Origin: Paragordius varius
Taxonomy: Eukaryota > Animalia > Nematomorpha
Assembly: GCA_964247055.1 (NCBI GenBank)
Contig: OZ176053.1
Span: 9,176,001 to 9,240,000, forward strand
Reading direction: 5' to 3'
DNA: 64,000 nt
The translations under genes and the position numbers were made by a program. A model generated the notes under the pieces. It was not told the origin of the DNA. It saw only the letters and a list, made by a program, of their open reading frames with translations, and ran no database searches. Within the stretch, counting starts at the first letter, position 1. Each line of letters begins with the position of its first letter. Below, piece after piece: positions 52,272 to 64,000 of the stretch.

Positions 52272-55200
52272 ATGGGCAAAAAACAGCATCAACAGGATAA
52301 GTTATATTTGACTAGTACGGAATGGACCATGATGTATGGAGGAAAAAGGGCTAACCATCGGTTGGAAAATACAAAAAACACTGCTAAATCCCTTTCTCAA
52401 AATATATTGCCATTAGATTTTTGTGCTTTATCCCTCCGACCATTTTATATCCCTATCACAACACATGAAGGCTATGTTTTTGATTTTATTAAACTTATGG
52501 AACACTTCAAAGCTGTTAAAAAGCAAGCAAGATTAGCCAATACGAACACAGAAGAAATCAAAAAAGTACCATTAGTGAATCCTGTAACTGGGACTCCGTT
52601 TAAAGACGTAACTAATGAAATAATAGCTCTTCGTTTTCACAAAAACAACGCCGAAGAATTCCATTGTCCTATAACCTTTAAAACATTACATGATAATTCC
52701 CACATTGTAGCTATCCGGACTACTGGTAATGTTTATTCTATGGAAGCGATTGAATCATTAAACCTTAAACCAAAGCATTACAAGGATCTTTTGACAGATG
52801 AGCCCTTTGTCCCCAGCAGAGATATTATTGTGATTAGAGATCCTAGTAATTTTGAAACAAAATTGAATATTGGAACATTTAAACACATTTTAGCTAACAT
52901 GGATGTTAGATTGTATGGTAATGAAACCAATTCCCTCAACCCAGAAATCGATAACAAATTAGGTGAGTTGCTTGAACAGGGAAAACGGCTAAGAGAAGAT
53001 TACGTCGGGACAGATTTTTCACAAGGGGGTGCAGCACTCAAGCGAAAACTCAAAACTATGAACTATGTAAATGTTGAGATGGATCATATAATGCGGGAGT
53101 ATTTGGAAAAATTTCCTGACAGCCTTGAGGCTAAAGCCGAAGGTGGTCAGGCTACAGATCTTGGAAATAGAGGCGAAATTAACGAATCCCTTATAACATA
53201 CGCTCATTACAGCAAAGGCACAGTCGCCATGGGCTTAACGTGTTCGGCCGTCGCGCCCCAAACTGAACAGGTCTTGGAAATACTTGATGCCGATGCTGTC
53301 AGATATTCCAAGATACGGACGAAAGGTAGAGCTCTTTTTCATAATAGTTTTGATTTATAATTCTTTAATAATAGGGTTAGTAAACATTTATAGATTTTAC
53401 ACGGTTGGACAGAGATGAAAAATTTTGATAATTACTAGAGTTTTGCCTATATGCCTTTTTAAGATTTATATTAATAGTAGGGTTGAATTCGATCAGTTTG
53501 ACTGCGACTTCTTTCAAACGAAACACGCTATAGCGTATATTTAATTTTCGTTAACATGCCATGTTATTTTTTAAAAATATAGTCGACCAATGTTTAATTG
53601 ATATTTTTTTAATTTCATGCTACATATTTTATTAGTGGCTATTATAATTTTATAATTAACAGCGGCCAGACCATTTATAGTTTTATAACCGGTCAAACGC
53701 ATTCCTAATAATTTTTTTTATAAAAATTGTTTAAACTGATTTTTATTTTATTTAAGGATATGTGCAAGTCATGACCAATTTGGGAAATCTTAATTTTGAA
53801 TTACATTGTGATGCTGCTCCCCGTACCTGTGAAAATTTTTTGCTTTTGGCCCGGAAAGGTTTTTATGACAATCTCCTGTTTTTCCGCTCTATTCGACATT
53901 TTGTCGTCCAAACTGGTGATCCAAATTTGGAGCATGGCAAAAAATTAAAGAAGGATACGGTATATATTGTTATTTTGAATTTTAATTGTAAGTTAATAAT
54001 TGTTTAATGGAATTGGATGTTAAATGTATTTATATTTTTTAGAAATTATTTGGTAAAACATTTTTTTTAATTTTTTGACAAACAATCCAATACTTATTTT
54101 TATAATTTTACTCGTCTTATATTTTGGTGCCTTTATAACTTAAATTCTTCACTTATTCAACATGTTTATTTTATTATTATTGTGCATTGACTCGCTAAAG
54201 TGATTTGACTGGTATAGTATTTTTTCATAACCATATGGTTATAAAACTTGCATATATACTTCATTATTTTAGTTATACTTTTTTTACTTATTTCATACGG
54301 ATATGTCAATTATCTTAGGATCTTGTTTGAATTTTATAGTTATATAACTTCTATTATATGAGTTTATGCATTGTAAATTGAATTTATAGAGTTGAATTAA
54401 ATTGGTATCTTTAAACATAAATCTGAGATTATTATCTCCGTAGAAAAAATAATTCAGACTCAATTTTAATTAAATAAGTATAATCCAACTGGTGTATATT
54501 TAAAAAATATCAATTGATATTAAAAAGTTAAAATATGACATAAATATATAAATTATATGATGTAAAACAGTTATTATACCAATGACCAATGCATTCATTT
54601 TATCTGTGTTTAAATACTAAATTATAAATCAACATATTACCTTGTGTGTACCACCCTGAAAAAAGGGTCTTTAACAGTGGCCTAAGGTAATGTTTTGATT
54701 ATTTATATATATTTAACAAAATGCTTATATTGGCCATTGTTATAATAACTCTTTTTGTGCATCCTATAATATATTTATGCCATAATTACATATTTGTTTA
54801 TTATTATAGAGATATTTTAAATTTACTCTAGTTGTATTGTCATTTTGTTTAATTAAATATAAAAAATGTAAAAACTTAGATTAGTATCACCCTATAAATT
54901 ATTTGTGAATACTACAGAATTTATTTCCTCCATTTACCCAAAAACTCTTAAAATTTCTAAAGTTATATCACTTGGAAATTATAACATGTCATGAATGTAT
55001 GAAATGAGAAAAAAATAAGATTAGTAAAAAAGGTAATAACTAACAGTAATCTTTAAGTTTTACTTGTGTATACATACTTTCACACCAGCCTTTGTCGTTT
55101 TGTCAATTAATTGTATTATACCATATATTATATAGAATATTGAAATTATACACACAAAAAAATTAAAAGACATTTATTTTTTTAAGGCACAACCATATTA

Positions 55201-58200
55201 CTTAAATCTTGATTTTTTTAGTAGGCAAATATAAACGGTCTTATTTTTCCTTTATTTTTATATTTTTATACTAGCGTAAATCTCATGCTGCTACGCAGCC
55301 CGAGGAAGTCCTTCGAACTTCTGGTGGGGACGGCTATAAGGGACAATAAAATGATCCACATATTTGGATTATTTCGAAACATTATTTAATAGATATGATT
55401 TTATAGGAATTTTAAAACGGAGCATTCACACTAATATATTGTTTAATTGGGGGGAAAAATAGATTTAAAAAATTATTTTTGTGGACTTTTTTTTAAATAA
55501 TGGCATTTTACGGGGGGAGCGGGTAAAAAGAGGGACTAAATCAAAAAAGCGAGACGTCTATGTTCGGCGCAATCGAAAATAAGTAAATGAATGATCCAAC
55601 ACGTTCTCCAGAAAATTGTCTCAAAGACACGATTTTTGTAGACTTATGTTTTCAAAAAACCCGTTTTTCACACGGGGTGGGCTCGAAGTGGGGGCCTCTT
55701 TCAAAAAAGGGCGAAGCTATTGTCGGGGCATTCATTAATGATTATATTTTTTCGATATTTGGATTTGATTGGGTTCACCGGTTTTCCGGAAACAGATCAT
55801 AAAGTTACATGAAAAATCAGTTTTTAGCGGGTAGCTCCTTACCCAGCAACTATCATCATAGAAACGCTTGACTAAAATTTTGCCTTTTAACAGGGAATAC
55901 GTGGAATCTTTATCGAATTTTTACGGTCTCATACCAAGGGCGAAAAATAGATTTAAAAAATTATTTTTCTGGACTTTGTTTTTTGAAAAAAATGGCATTT
56001 CACGGGGGTAGCGGGTAAAAAGAGGGCCTAAATCAAAAAAATGAGTCGACTATGTTCGGCGCGATCAAAAATAAGTAAACAAAAATCATATTTGAAATTG
56101 AATGGTCCACCACGTTCTCCGGAAAATTGTCTCAACCTGTTTTTTACACGGGGTAGGCCCAAACTGGGGACCTAATTCCAAAAAAGGGCGAAGCTATTGT
56201 CGGGACATTTATTGATGATTATATTTTTTCGATAATTGGATTTGATTGGGTTCACCGGTTTTCCGGAAACAGATCACAAAGTTACATGAAGAATCAGTTT
56301 TTAGCGGGTAGCTCCTTACTCAGCAGCTATCATCAATGAAAAGCTTGACTAAAATTTTTGCCTTTTAACAGGGAATACGTGGAATCCATATAGAATTTTT
56401 ACGGTCTTATACCTAGGGCGAAAAATAGATTTAAAAAATTATTTTTGTGGACTTTGTTTTTTGAAAAAAATGGCATTTTACGGGGGGAGCGGGTAACAAG
56501 AGGGCCTAAATCAAAAAAGCGAGACGACTATGTTCGGCGCAATCGAAAATAAGTAAACAAAAAATATTTGAAATTGAATGGTCTAACACGTTCTCCAGAA
56601 AATTGTCTCAAAGACACAATTTTTGTGTTCAAAAAAACCGTTTTTCACACGGGGTAGGCCGGAACTGAGGGCTTATTTCAAAAAAAGGGCGAAGCTATTG
56701 TCGGGGCATTTATTAATGATTATATTTTTTCGAAGTTTGAATTTGAATGGGTCTACCGGTTTTCCGGTACCAGATCACAAAGCCAGCATTTTCCATTTTT
56801 ATAAATATATAGATTATGGAGTGTACTATCAATTTAAGACTTTGATTCCCTAATCAAAATGATGAGTAATCGTAAACTATTCCGTCTTGGAACACTATCT
56901 ATTGCGTTTTTGTTTTTGAAATTTAGTTTTGCCATATATCTTTTAGCCGTATCTATTCATCACGTTATAGAGCGCTCTCTTCACCTCACCTTTTACAACT
57001 ATAGTTTTACCGATATATTTACCATCTCTTTTATCTATGTGTTCCCATAGTTCCATTGTTTTATCGTTTTTATTCCTGTACTTCCTTTAAAGTATAAATT
57101 TCTAACTTTGTCTTTCCTCGTTACACGGCACATAAATCTGAGCATTCTCATTTACTTGGTGCTTTTCTTCTGATTTCTTTAGTGTACATGTTTGTGAAAC
57201 AAAAATTTTACCCTTAACTTTTAAATCAATATCCGATTACAGAATAAGATTGATGTCTTATACAATAAAATTAATTGAGAAAGTACTAAAAAGGATTAGA
57301 AAAATGTTCAATATAAAGGGTAATAAATTTGGTTGAATTCATGGAAAGTCCACCATTGATCTGGTTCATGCAGTTAGAAGGCTTATTGAAAAGCATATCG
57401 AAAGTAAAAAGGAGGTGCGTGGCATTTTAATCGATATTGATACGATGCCACGAAGCACAATATGGCGGAGTTCAGAAAAATTTGCCTGAAAGTTACATTA
57501 AAATCAAAAAGCATCTACACCTCTTACCATACCAAACTTAAAACTCATTGGGAAATGTCAGCTAATGAAATAAACAAGAGCATATACTAAAGGTCAGAAA
57601 ATCAGTCCGTTGCTATTTATCATATGCACGAATGAAATTTCAAAACAATAGGACAATGTGGTTGCTGCTATTTACTATATGCCTAATTTACAGTGCTTTT
57701 GTAGAGACAATTATGTATAACTCACCGACATGAGCACTAAACAAAATTGAAGAAAATTATTTTGATATTGAAATGAGCATGCTTAGATTAATGTGTGGTG
57801 TAACAAGGAAAGACAAAGTGAATACACAAATAAAACCGATTAAGATTATGTTTCGTCTAATAAGGTTTGGTCACATAGAAAGATGGTAAATATATTATTA
57901 TTGATGATATTGTAAAAGGTCAAGGGAGTAGAGGGCGCACTAAAACGCTATGTAGATCGGGTCAAAAGAGAGGCAAAACTAAATTTAAAACGCAAAGCAT
58001 AGACAGGTTGCTATAGAAAAATAATCAATGAATACGACCGCTCGAAAAGTGATATCATTTAAAGTTATTATTAATACTTCTCGTTTACGTTTGCGAAATG
58101 AGAATTAAATAAAATGCAAAATATAGGAAAAATCAAGGCAAAAAGTATGGTTTTGTTAAAAAAAAATGTTTGGTCCGTATAATTTAATTGTCTACTTTAT

Positions 58201-59057
58201 ATATATTCCATAATTTTAGCCCCTTAAACCACGTAATTCATCTTTTTGGGGTGGTTACATCCCTGATGAACTTAAAATGGCTGGAAGTTATCCCCATAAG
58301 GGTCGTGGCATATTAAGTTCAGCAAATGCCGGTATTCCCAACACTAATGGATCTCAATGGTTTATAACATATCGTAGTGCAAGTAGTTTGGATAAAAAGC
58401 ACACTGTTTTTGGGCGCGTAGTCGGAGGCCTTAAAACTCTGGATTTGATAGAAAAGGTAGGACGAAAATTGGTGGGTTTTACCATATATAGTTTTAAACA
58501 TTTGACATTTTTTATGATTAGGTCGAAACTGATTTAAAAGACCAGCCCACAACTGACGTATACATTGTTAAAATTAATATCTACAAAGATCCTTTCGAAG
58601 AGTTACGCGAAAAGGAAGAACGTGAAGCGATTGAGAAAGCCGAGAGATTGCAACAAGAAAATGAAAATAAAAAAAGTAATACCCTAACATCCCTATATTC
58701 AAAAACTAATTTTTAAAATATAATATATGGCCATACAAAAAGACACCAATAATTATAATGAGGTAAGAAAGTATCATAAATTGATGAAATTTCCATTTAA
58801 TATTAATTATCCATAACGCCTGAAAAGGCAATCTTATCCTTTGAAGCCATTAATATTTTTTTTATTTATATTTGTATGGAGTTATTGGAACGTTATTTCT
58901 TTCATACCTTTATTTTCTATATATATGTATTATTTTAGTTGATATACCCATAAAAAGGAAATTCGACACAAATCAATCCAATAATCCCGTCAAAAAGCCT
59001 ACTATGATTGCAAACAATTCCAGAACTATTGGAAAATACTTAAACATTAAAAAATAA
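52272..59057 (+). CDS. PPIL2: U-box/cyclophilin protein PPIL2 (Cyp60), about 588 aa, 5 exons
   Basis: Exons 52272-53325, 53757-53959, 58220-58456, 58522-58675 and 58939-59057. Diagnostic N-terminus [28 protein letters not shown]…FHCP, KGYV…[39 protein letters not shown] and IGKYL. Confidence 0.95.
55440..56790. repeat. Tandem array of about 480-bp units (about 2.8 copies) in PPIL2 intron 2
   Basis: GAAAAATAGATTTAAAAAATTATTTTT recurs near 55455, 55942 and 56420; units are visibly highly similar. Confidence 0.9.
56870..57170 (-). mobile_element. 3' fragment of an RTE-clade LINE
   Basis: Minus strand encodes [18 protein letters not shown], similar to + strand 57770-58040. Confidence 0.7.
57240..58050 (+). 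mobile_element. Degraded RTE-clade non-LTR retrotransposon (reverse transcriptase and 3' end)
   Basis: Decayed frames: [62 protein letters not shown] and FGHIER. Confidence 0.85.
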
Positions 59058-59756
59058 TTAATAGATTTAGTTAAAAATATATTTATAAATTATTTTAGCT
59101 CTATCTCAAATAAATTATTTAAATAAATAATAAGAAATTAAATAATTTCCCTTTGTTTACAATAAATTTAAAGTTGTTTTAAATTGGGATAAATTATATA
59201 TTACATGTAAAATTCAAATTATTTTAGTAAAACTTTATTAAAACACTCCATATTTGCAAAATAATAACTTGTTTAATAATTTTGACTATTATCTTTAATT
59301 AATATAGCAAAAATAGTGTAATTAAGAGATTTAAAATTCACCCCACACAAATAACATCTCTTTATTATAGTATTTCGAATAATTGGAGTATTTTTGGCGC
59401 TTCATAGTTTTTGGCCCGTTAGCAGATATATTATTTATCCTTGAGAAAAAATGGTGTATTTGATGCAAAAATTTTGATTTAATATAATAGAATTACATCT
59501 AAAAAGAGTCGTTTTTATTCCGTTTAAACCATTCTTTCTAATACAATTAAATATGCTTCAAACATTTTTTTTGCTACAGACCAAATTTTTAAGCAAAATA
59601 CAATTTTTCAAAAATAATGATGTCATAAGCTTATATTAATTGTTATCAAGTTTCGCTTTTTTGCGTTAAGAAAAGGCCCTTTCAGTGGGGTTAATTCGGA
59701 AACCTTATTCAAAAATTAAAATTTATAAATTTGTGTTTTGCTTTTTAAATATTGGA

Positions 59757-59954
59757 ATGGAGAATCTAGCTTTTACCAAACTATTATTTCAAAGCGCGCG
59801 AATCTTGCCTTTTTTACGGCAGAAAACAACACAAATATCTTTCTTAAATTACTCGCTAAACTCAAAACCAAAAGCAGCCGAATTCTGTTATATTTTTTTA
59901 GAAGATAAATCCATCATTTATTTGTATGCACTCTGTAAAAACTTTGTTGCATAA
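59757..59954 (+). CDS. Short ORF of uncertain status (basic, hydroxyl-rich N-terminus)
   Basis: ATG-initiated 65-aa frame MENLAFTKLLFQSARILPFLRQKTTQIS…; no homology recognised. Confidence 0.15.
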   Translation: MENLAFTKLLFQSARILPFLRQKTTQISFLNYSLNSKPKAAEFCYIFLEDKSIIYLYALCKNFVA

Positions 59955-60176
59955 TCATATTGAATATTATAACAAAGTATATCTATATATAAATGGCAGA
60001 AAACTGGAATAAATTTCTTTTATTGTAGTTTACCATAAGTAAATTGAAATTTTCATTTTACTGAAAAAGTTTTTCTCATATATATTACCTCATATGAAAA
60101 GTCTTAGACAATGATTGATGCAACGATGAGGTGACAAACAGTTAAAGCTAATTTTCGCCACCATAATATTTTATAA

Positions 60177-60376
60177 CAGTGGTACTCGCCAAATTTTTTT
60201 TATGGGCTGCAAAAAATATCTATCTTGTCTCAAGGGCCGTGACCATATAATATCTATAAAAATTTCATAATTGTTTCAAACATTCGCAGATATTTATAAT
60301 AAAAATAAGTATATCAAAAAATTTAATAAAATTTAGGGTCACATGCGGCCCATGGGCCGTAGTTTAAATACCACTG
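60177..60376. mobile_element. hAT-type MITE
   Basis: TIRs CAGTGGTACT / AATACCACTG with GCGGCCC sub-terminal motifs; TSD not preserved. Confidence 0.75.
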
Positions 60377-60729
60377 TTTAAGACGAAACCGTATATTATA
60401 AATTATGGAAATATGTTTTTTATCAAAGAATCCACTGAAGTTGTTTACTTGAATATTAAATTAAAAAAGCTATATGTTTAAATTATTATTGGTTATGTTA
60501 CAAAAAATTAGATGGATTTATAAAACATGATTTTTTCCTTGTTAGAGGTTGATGAAAAAATTCTCTACTTTGACCTTTTATTTATTTTGATAATAATATT
60601 TTTGGAAATTTATATAGAAGTATATGTGATACAAAAATTTGGTAATTTATTGATAAAAAATGGTCAGTTTTAAAATTATTTATTAATGTATAACATTTCT
60701 AACATGCTCTAAAAATATTTCAATGCCTT

Positions 60730-60978
60730 TTGAACTTTTTACAATCTCGGGTATTATTTACTATAAATATAAAACGCTTTTTATCCACAACTCAGTCAAA
60801 TTTGGTTAATGCTCCCACAGAAACAAAAAATGGCAAAAAATTGACGAAATACTTAACAGAACCCTTTAATAGAGGTCTCCGTCTCAAATCTCTTTGGCGT
60901 TCGATGATTAAATATCATATTTGTTTTCGACGTCTTAACTTCTGTTTAAGTTCAATTTATTTTATTAGAGAAATATAA
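60730..60978 (+). CDS. Open frame without an in-frame ATG upstream of profilin; possible exon
   Basis: 82-codon frame (…RVLFTINIKRFLSTTQS…GLRLKSLWRSMIKY…); no family recognised. Confidence 0.2.
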   Translation: MNFLQSRVLFTINIKRFLSTTQSNLVNAPTETKNGKKLTKYLTEPFNRGLRLKSLWRSMIKYHICFRRLNFCLSSIYFIREI

Positions 60979-61168
60979 ATTAAATTTTATCCCTCTCTTA
61001 TTTTTACATATATAAAATATAGTTTATTACATATATGAAATAGCGCTTTAGAATTGACGTTTCTATATTATCAACAATTACTTTTACGCATTCCAATTTT
61101 ATCATTGTTGAACAAAAAGCTTTTTACTCATAATATCTTATATTATTATCATTTAAAAATCATCAAAT

Positions 61169-61792
61169 ATGGGAGATTTTCAAGGTTTTTTGGATGAATT
61201 AGCCAAACACGTAACGGGCGCTGCCATAGTCGATAAAACTGGAGCTACTCATGCAGCCACGGCTGGATTTTCCGTCAGTACGGATGAAGTCAAGACCATT
61301 AACGAAGGTATATCATATTTTATATGGATATTTATTTGCTCATTATAAAAAATGAATATGGTACAGTTACTTCTTTTTAATGATATATCCCGCACAATGG
61401 CAAATATCATTGCCCACCAGCTAACATGCGCACTTAAAATATAAGGCTTTTAGACCAAATTTAGGTTAATTTTATGGTTAATAAAAAAGGTACATTTTAA
61501 AGTGTTTTCTAGTATCATTTTTAAAAATATTTATGATATATTTACACAAGGATTCGACAAAACCGATTTACTAACTGCCAAGGGTGTTATGCTACACGGG
61601 AAAAAATACGTTTTTTTGGGAAAAAGCCCTGATGGTAATTGTTTGAGAACCAAATTAGACAAAGGTGGTGCAATTATAGTACGCACGCCTCATAATATAA
61701 TAATTGGATTGTATGATGAAAAAATTGGTGCAGGAAACGCCACCAAATTTGTCGAAGGATGTGGCGATAAGATGAAGAAAGCTGGAAAATAA
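61169..61792 (+). CDS. PFN: Divergent profilin, 126 aa, 2 exons
   Basis: Exons 61169-61307 and 61551-61792. MGDFQGFLDE…VTGAAIV…GFSVSTDEV…GFD…L.AKGV.LHGKKYVFL…GGAIIVRT…IIIGLYDE…A.KFVE..GD.M..AG has the length and pattern of invertebrate profilins. Confidence 0.9.
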
Positions 61793-62443
61793 TTTAGTAA
61801 ATATTTATGCGACTACATAATTTCATTATATAAAAATTAATGTTTATGAAAGTTAAAATTTGTTATTATAATAAATAAATTCGTTATATCTTTGCTTATT
61901 GTTTGATATGGAATAAATGCTAAAAATTATGTCATTTTACATAATTAAAGCTCATATTTTTTATTATTTTCAAAAAATAGTTTTAAAATACAATTAATCA
62001 AATAGTAGGTTTGTAGCAATTTTTCTTACCATAATAGCCACAAAATTCAGAAAATTATTTTAACATAATCAAAAAATAAAATACCTCTATAACTGGTTAT
62101 TTACCATAGAAATAATATGTTCAAATTGTCGTTATGATCATTTTAAGCATGTTTAAGCTTAAAACGGTCATGCATTAATTGGTTGAAATGATTTTAAGGA
62201 ATAGAGCGATCCCAATTCGATATATGGTGAATAGTTTTGTTTAGATTTATCATTTATTCCCGCACTTTGCCAATTAATGTATCTAATGGGTTTAGTACTC
62301 ATAATACTTGATTTAGTTGTTTTTATGAGGATGGAGCTGTGTTTCGTTCCAATGATTTTTTATTTTGATTATTATTACCGATTATTTATTCCAGAATGTC
62401 CTTTGTTGGTTGCTGTTCAAAATTAATTGTTTTTTGTTTTTAG

Positions 62444-62490
62444 TTAATCAGCGAAAGCGAAATCCGATACTCTCAAAGACCCATGTTCGG
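62444..62490 (+). CDS. Putative exon of a further gene
   Basis: Long pyrimidine tract plus AG upstream, strong CGG|GTAAGT donor, and an open frame (NQRKRNPILSKTHVR). Confidence 0.35.
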
Positions 62491-62506
62491 GTAAGTATTA
62501 CTTGCG

Positions 62507-62617
62507 TCCTTATGCTTAAATCCTTATGCTTAAATCCTTATGCTTAATCCTTATGCTTACGTCCTTATGCTTACATCCTTATGCTTAAATCCTTATGCTT
62601 ACGTCCTTATGCTTACA
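62507..62617 (+). repeat. 14-bp minisatellite TCCTTATGCTTA(A/C)(A/G), 8 units
   Basis: Directly visible; one unit is 13 bp. Confidence 0.95.
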
Positions 62618-62689
62618 TTTTTGAATAAAAACAATACATTCATCATAAGTCTGCTCCTAGTAGACTTATTAAAATTTCAAAGTGGCATA

Positions 62690-63250
62690 ACTTTAAAAAT
62701 ATTGTGAATTTTTGAATTCTGTAAATTGGGGGAGATAAAGTAAAGTATATTTAACAAATAATTTATAGGTTTAAGTAATGTTGCTTCAATCTTTTGGCAT
62801 TAAAAGGGGTTTACACAACCCCTGTTAAAAAATAGAAAATTCCTAAAACATGCATGCAAAATCAAAAGTTTTTTAGAAGAAATAGGTATGCATTTTATCC
62901 AACTATATTTTTTAGATTTTTTTGAGTTATCAAAATTGAAATATCTGCATATTTTGTGAAATAAAGAAATCTATCCAGTTTTTCAAATTCTTTAAATTGG
63001 AGGATAAAAATGATGTATATATAACAAATTATTTATAGGTTTTAGAAATTGAATGATCGCATACACTCTTAGTGAACTAAGCTTCTTGAAAAAATATATC
63101 TGGAACATGCATGTAAAACCCAAAGCTTTTTAGAAGGTGTGCAATTGATTTAACCATATTTTTTAGATTTAGATGTCATGGCGATCGAATTATCTGCGCA
63201 CTTTTTGCATTTTGAGGATGAAGCATTGAAGAATTTATTTATTTTATTGG
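62690..63250. repeat. Diverged tandem duplication, period about 280 bp
   Basis: AACAAAT.ATTTATAGGTTT and AACATGCATG.AAAA..CAAA.G.TTTTAGAAG each occur twice. Confidence 0.6.
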
Positions 63251-63493
63251 ATTGCATAAAATTTTTACTATTTGATATATAAAATTATATATTTATGTTT
63301 ATTGTCAATAAATATCTGATAAATTTACTTTAGTTTCAAGCGTCTAAAAAGCATATTAATCCACAGTGCACAAAATCGGAGGCTATAAAAAATATTATGA
63401 TCAATCATATATATTGCATATTAGGAATATCATGGTGCTTGGTTTTCAGGTCTAACAAATAATTTAGAGTTATATCCAATTTTGTGGTAACTG

Positions 63494-63998
63494 CCTTATC
63501 GAAAGGTTGCAAATTAGGCAAACTTATTTGGAGTCTACGCTTAAAATTCTAAACAAACTTCATTTTGGTTTTCAAATATAGTTTATAATTTAATGATATT
63601 ATTAAAGGAAATTAAACTTTGACCAAAAAGACCCCTAAATATTTCCCCAAATTTAAAGCAAAAGCTAATCAAAATTTTGAGGTGATAGAAATGTTAAACA
63701 AAAGTGTTTTAATATCTTAAAGCACCATAAAATACGATTGCCAAAATTTTTTAAAAAATCTATTATATTGTCAAATACTAATTTATATGAAAAATATTAT
63801 CACGCATCGGCTTTTTTAAAAAAACTGGCCAATTTTAGAGAAGTCCAAAAAGTTGTTTTGGAGCCTACGCTTAAAATTTTAATTTCATTTTTGTTTTCGA
63901 ATATAGTTCATATCATAATATAATGGTATTTTTAAAGGAAAGCATTTAGCTTTCACCAAAAAAAATTATAAATTTGCCTAATTTGCAACCCGATAAGG
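63494..63998. mobile_element. MITE-like element with about 30-bp inverted ends and an internal direct repeat of about 330 bp
   Basis: CCTTATCG..AGGTTGCAAATTAGGCAAA at 63494 is inverted at 63970-63998; TTGGAG.CTACGCTTAAAATT repeats near 63527 and 63858. Confidence 0.6.
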
Positions 63999-64000
63999 AA

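Overview
Very AT-rich (roughly 25% GC by eye) animal genomic DNA, not prokaryotic; the species cannot be named from sequence alone. Hand-splicing gives five recognisable genes: PABPN1 (-), a jelly-belly/HEN-1-like LDLa protein (-), KSR (-), PPIL2 (+) and a divergent profilin (+). Two partial orphan genes are also present: a coiled-coil protein and a predicted two-pass membrane protein. Intergenic and intronic space carries many transposon relics: a full-length hAT element with a perfect 8-bp TSD, a second hAT end, a Mos1-like mariner, RTE LINE pieces, hAT MITEs, a foldback element and tandem-unit repeats. The most striking property is that at least 11 GT-AG introns of only 21-27 nt, several interrupting conserved motifs, sit in the same genes as introns of hundreds to thousands of nt. 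Also notable: the KSR and PPIL2 start codons are only 44 nt apart head-to-head, and the profilin has lost its poly-proline-binding aromatics. All gene models are manual and lack transcript support; approximate boundaries are marked.
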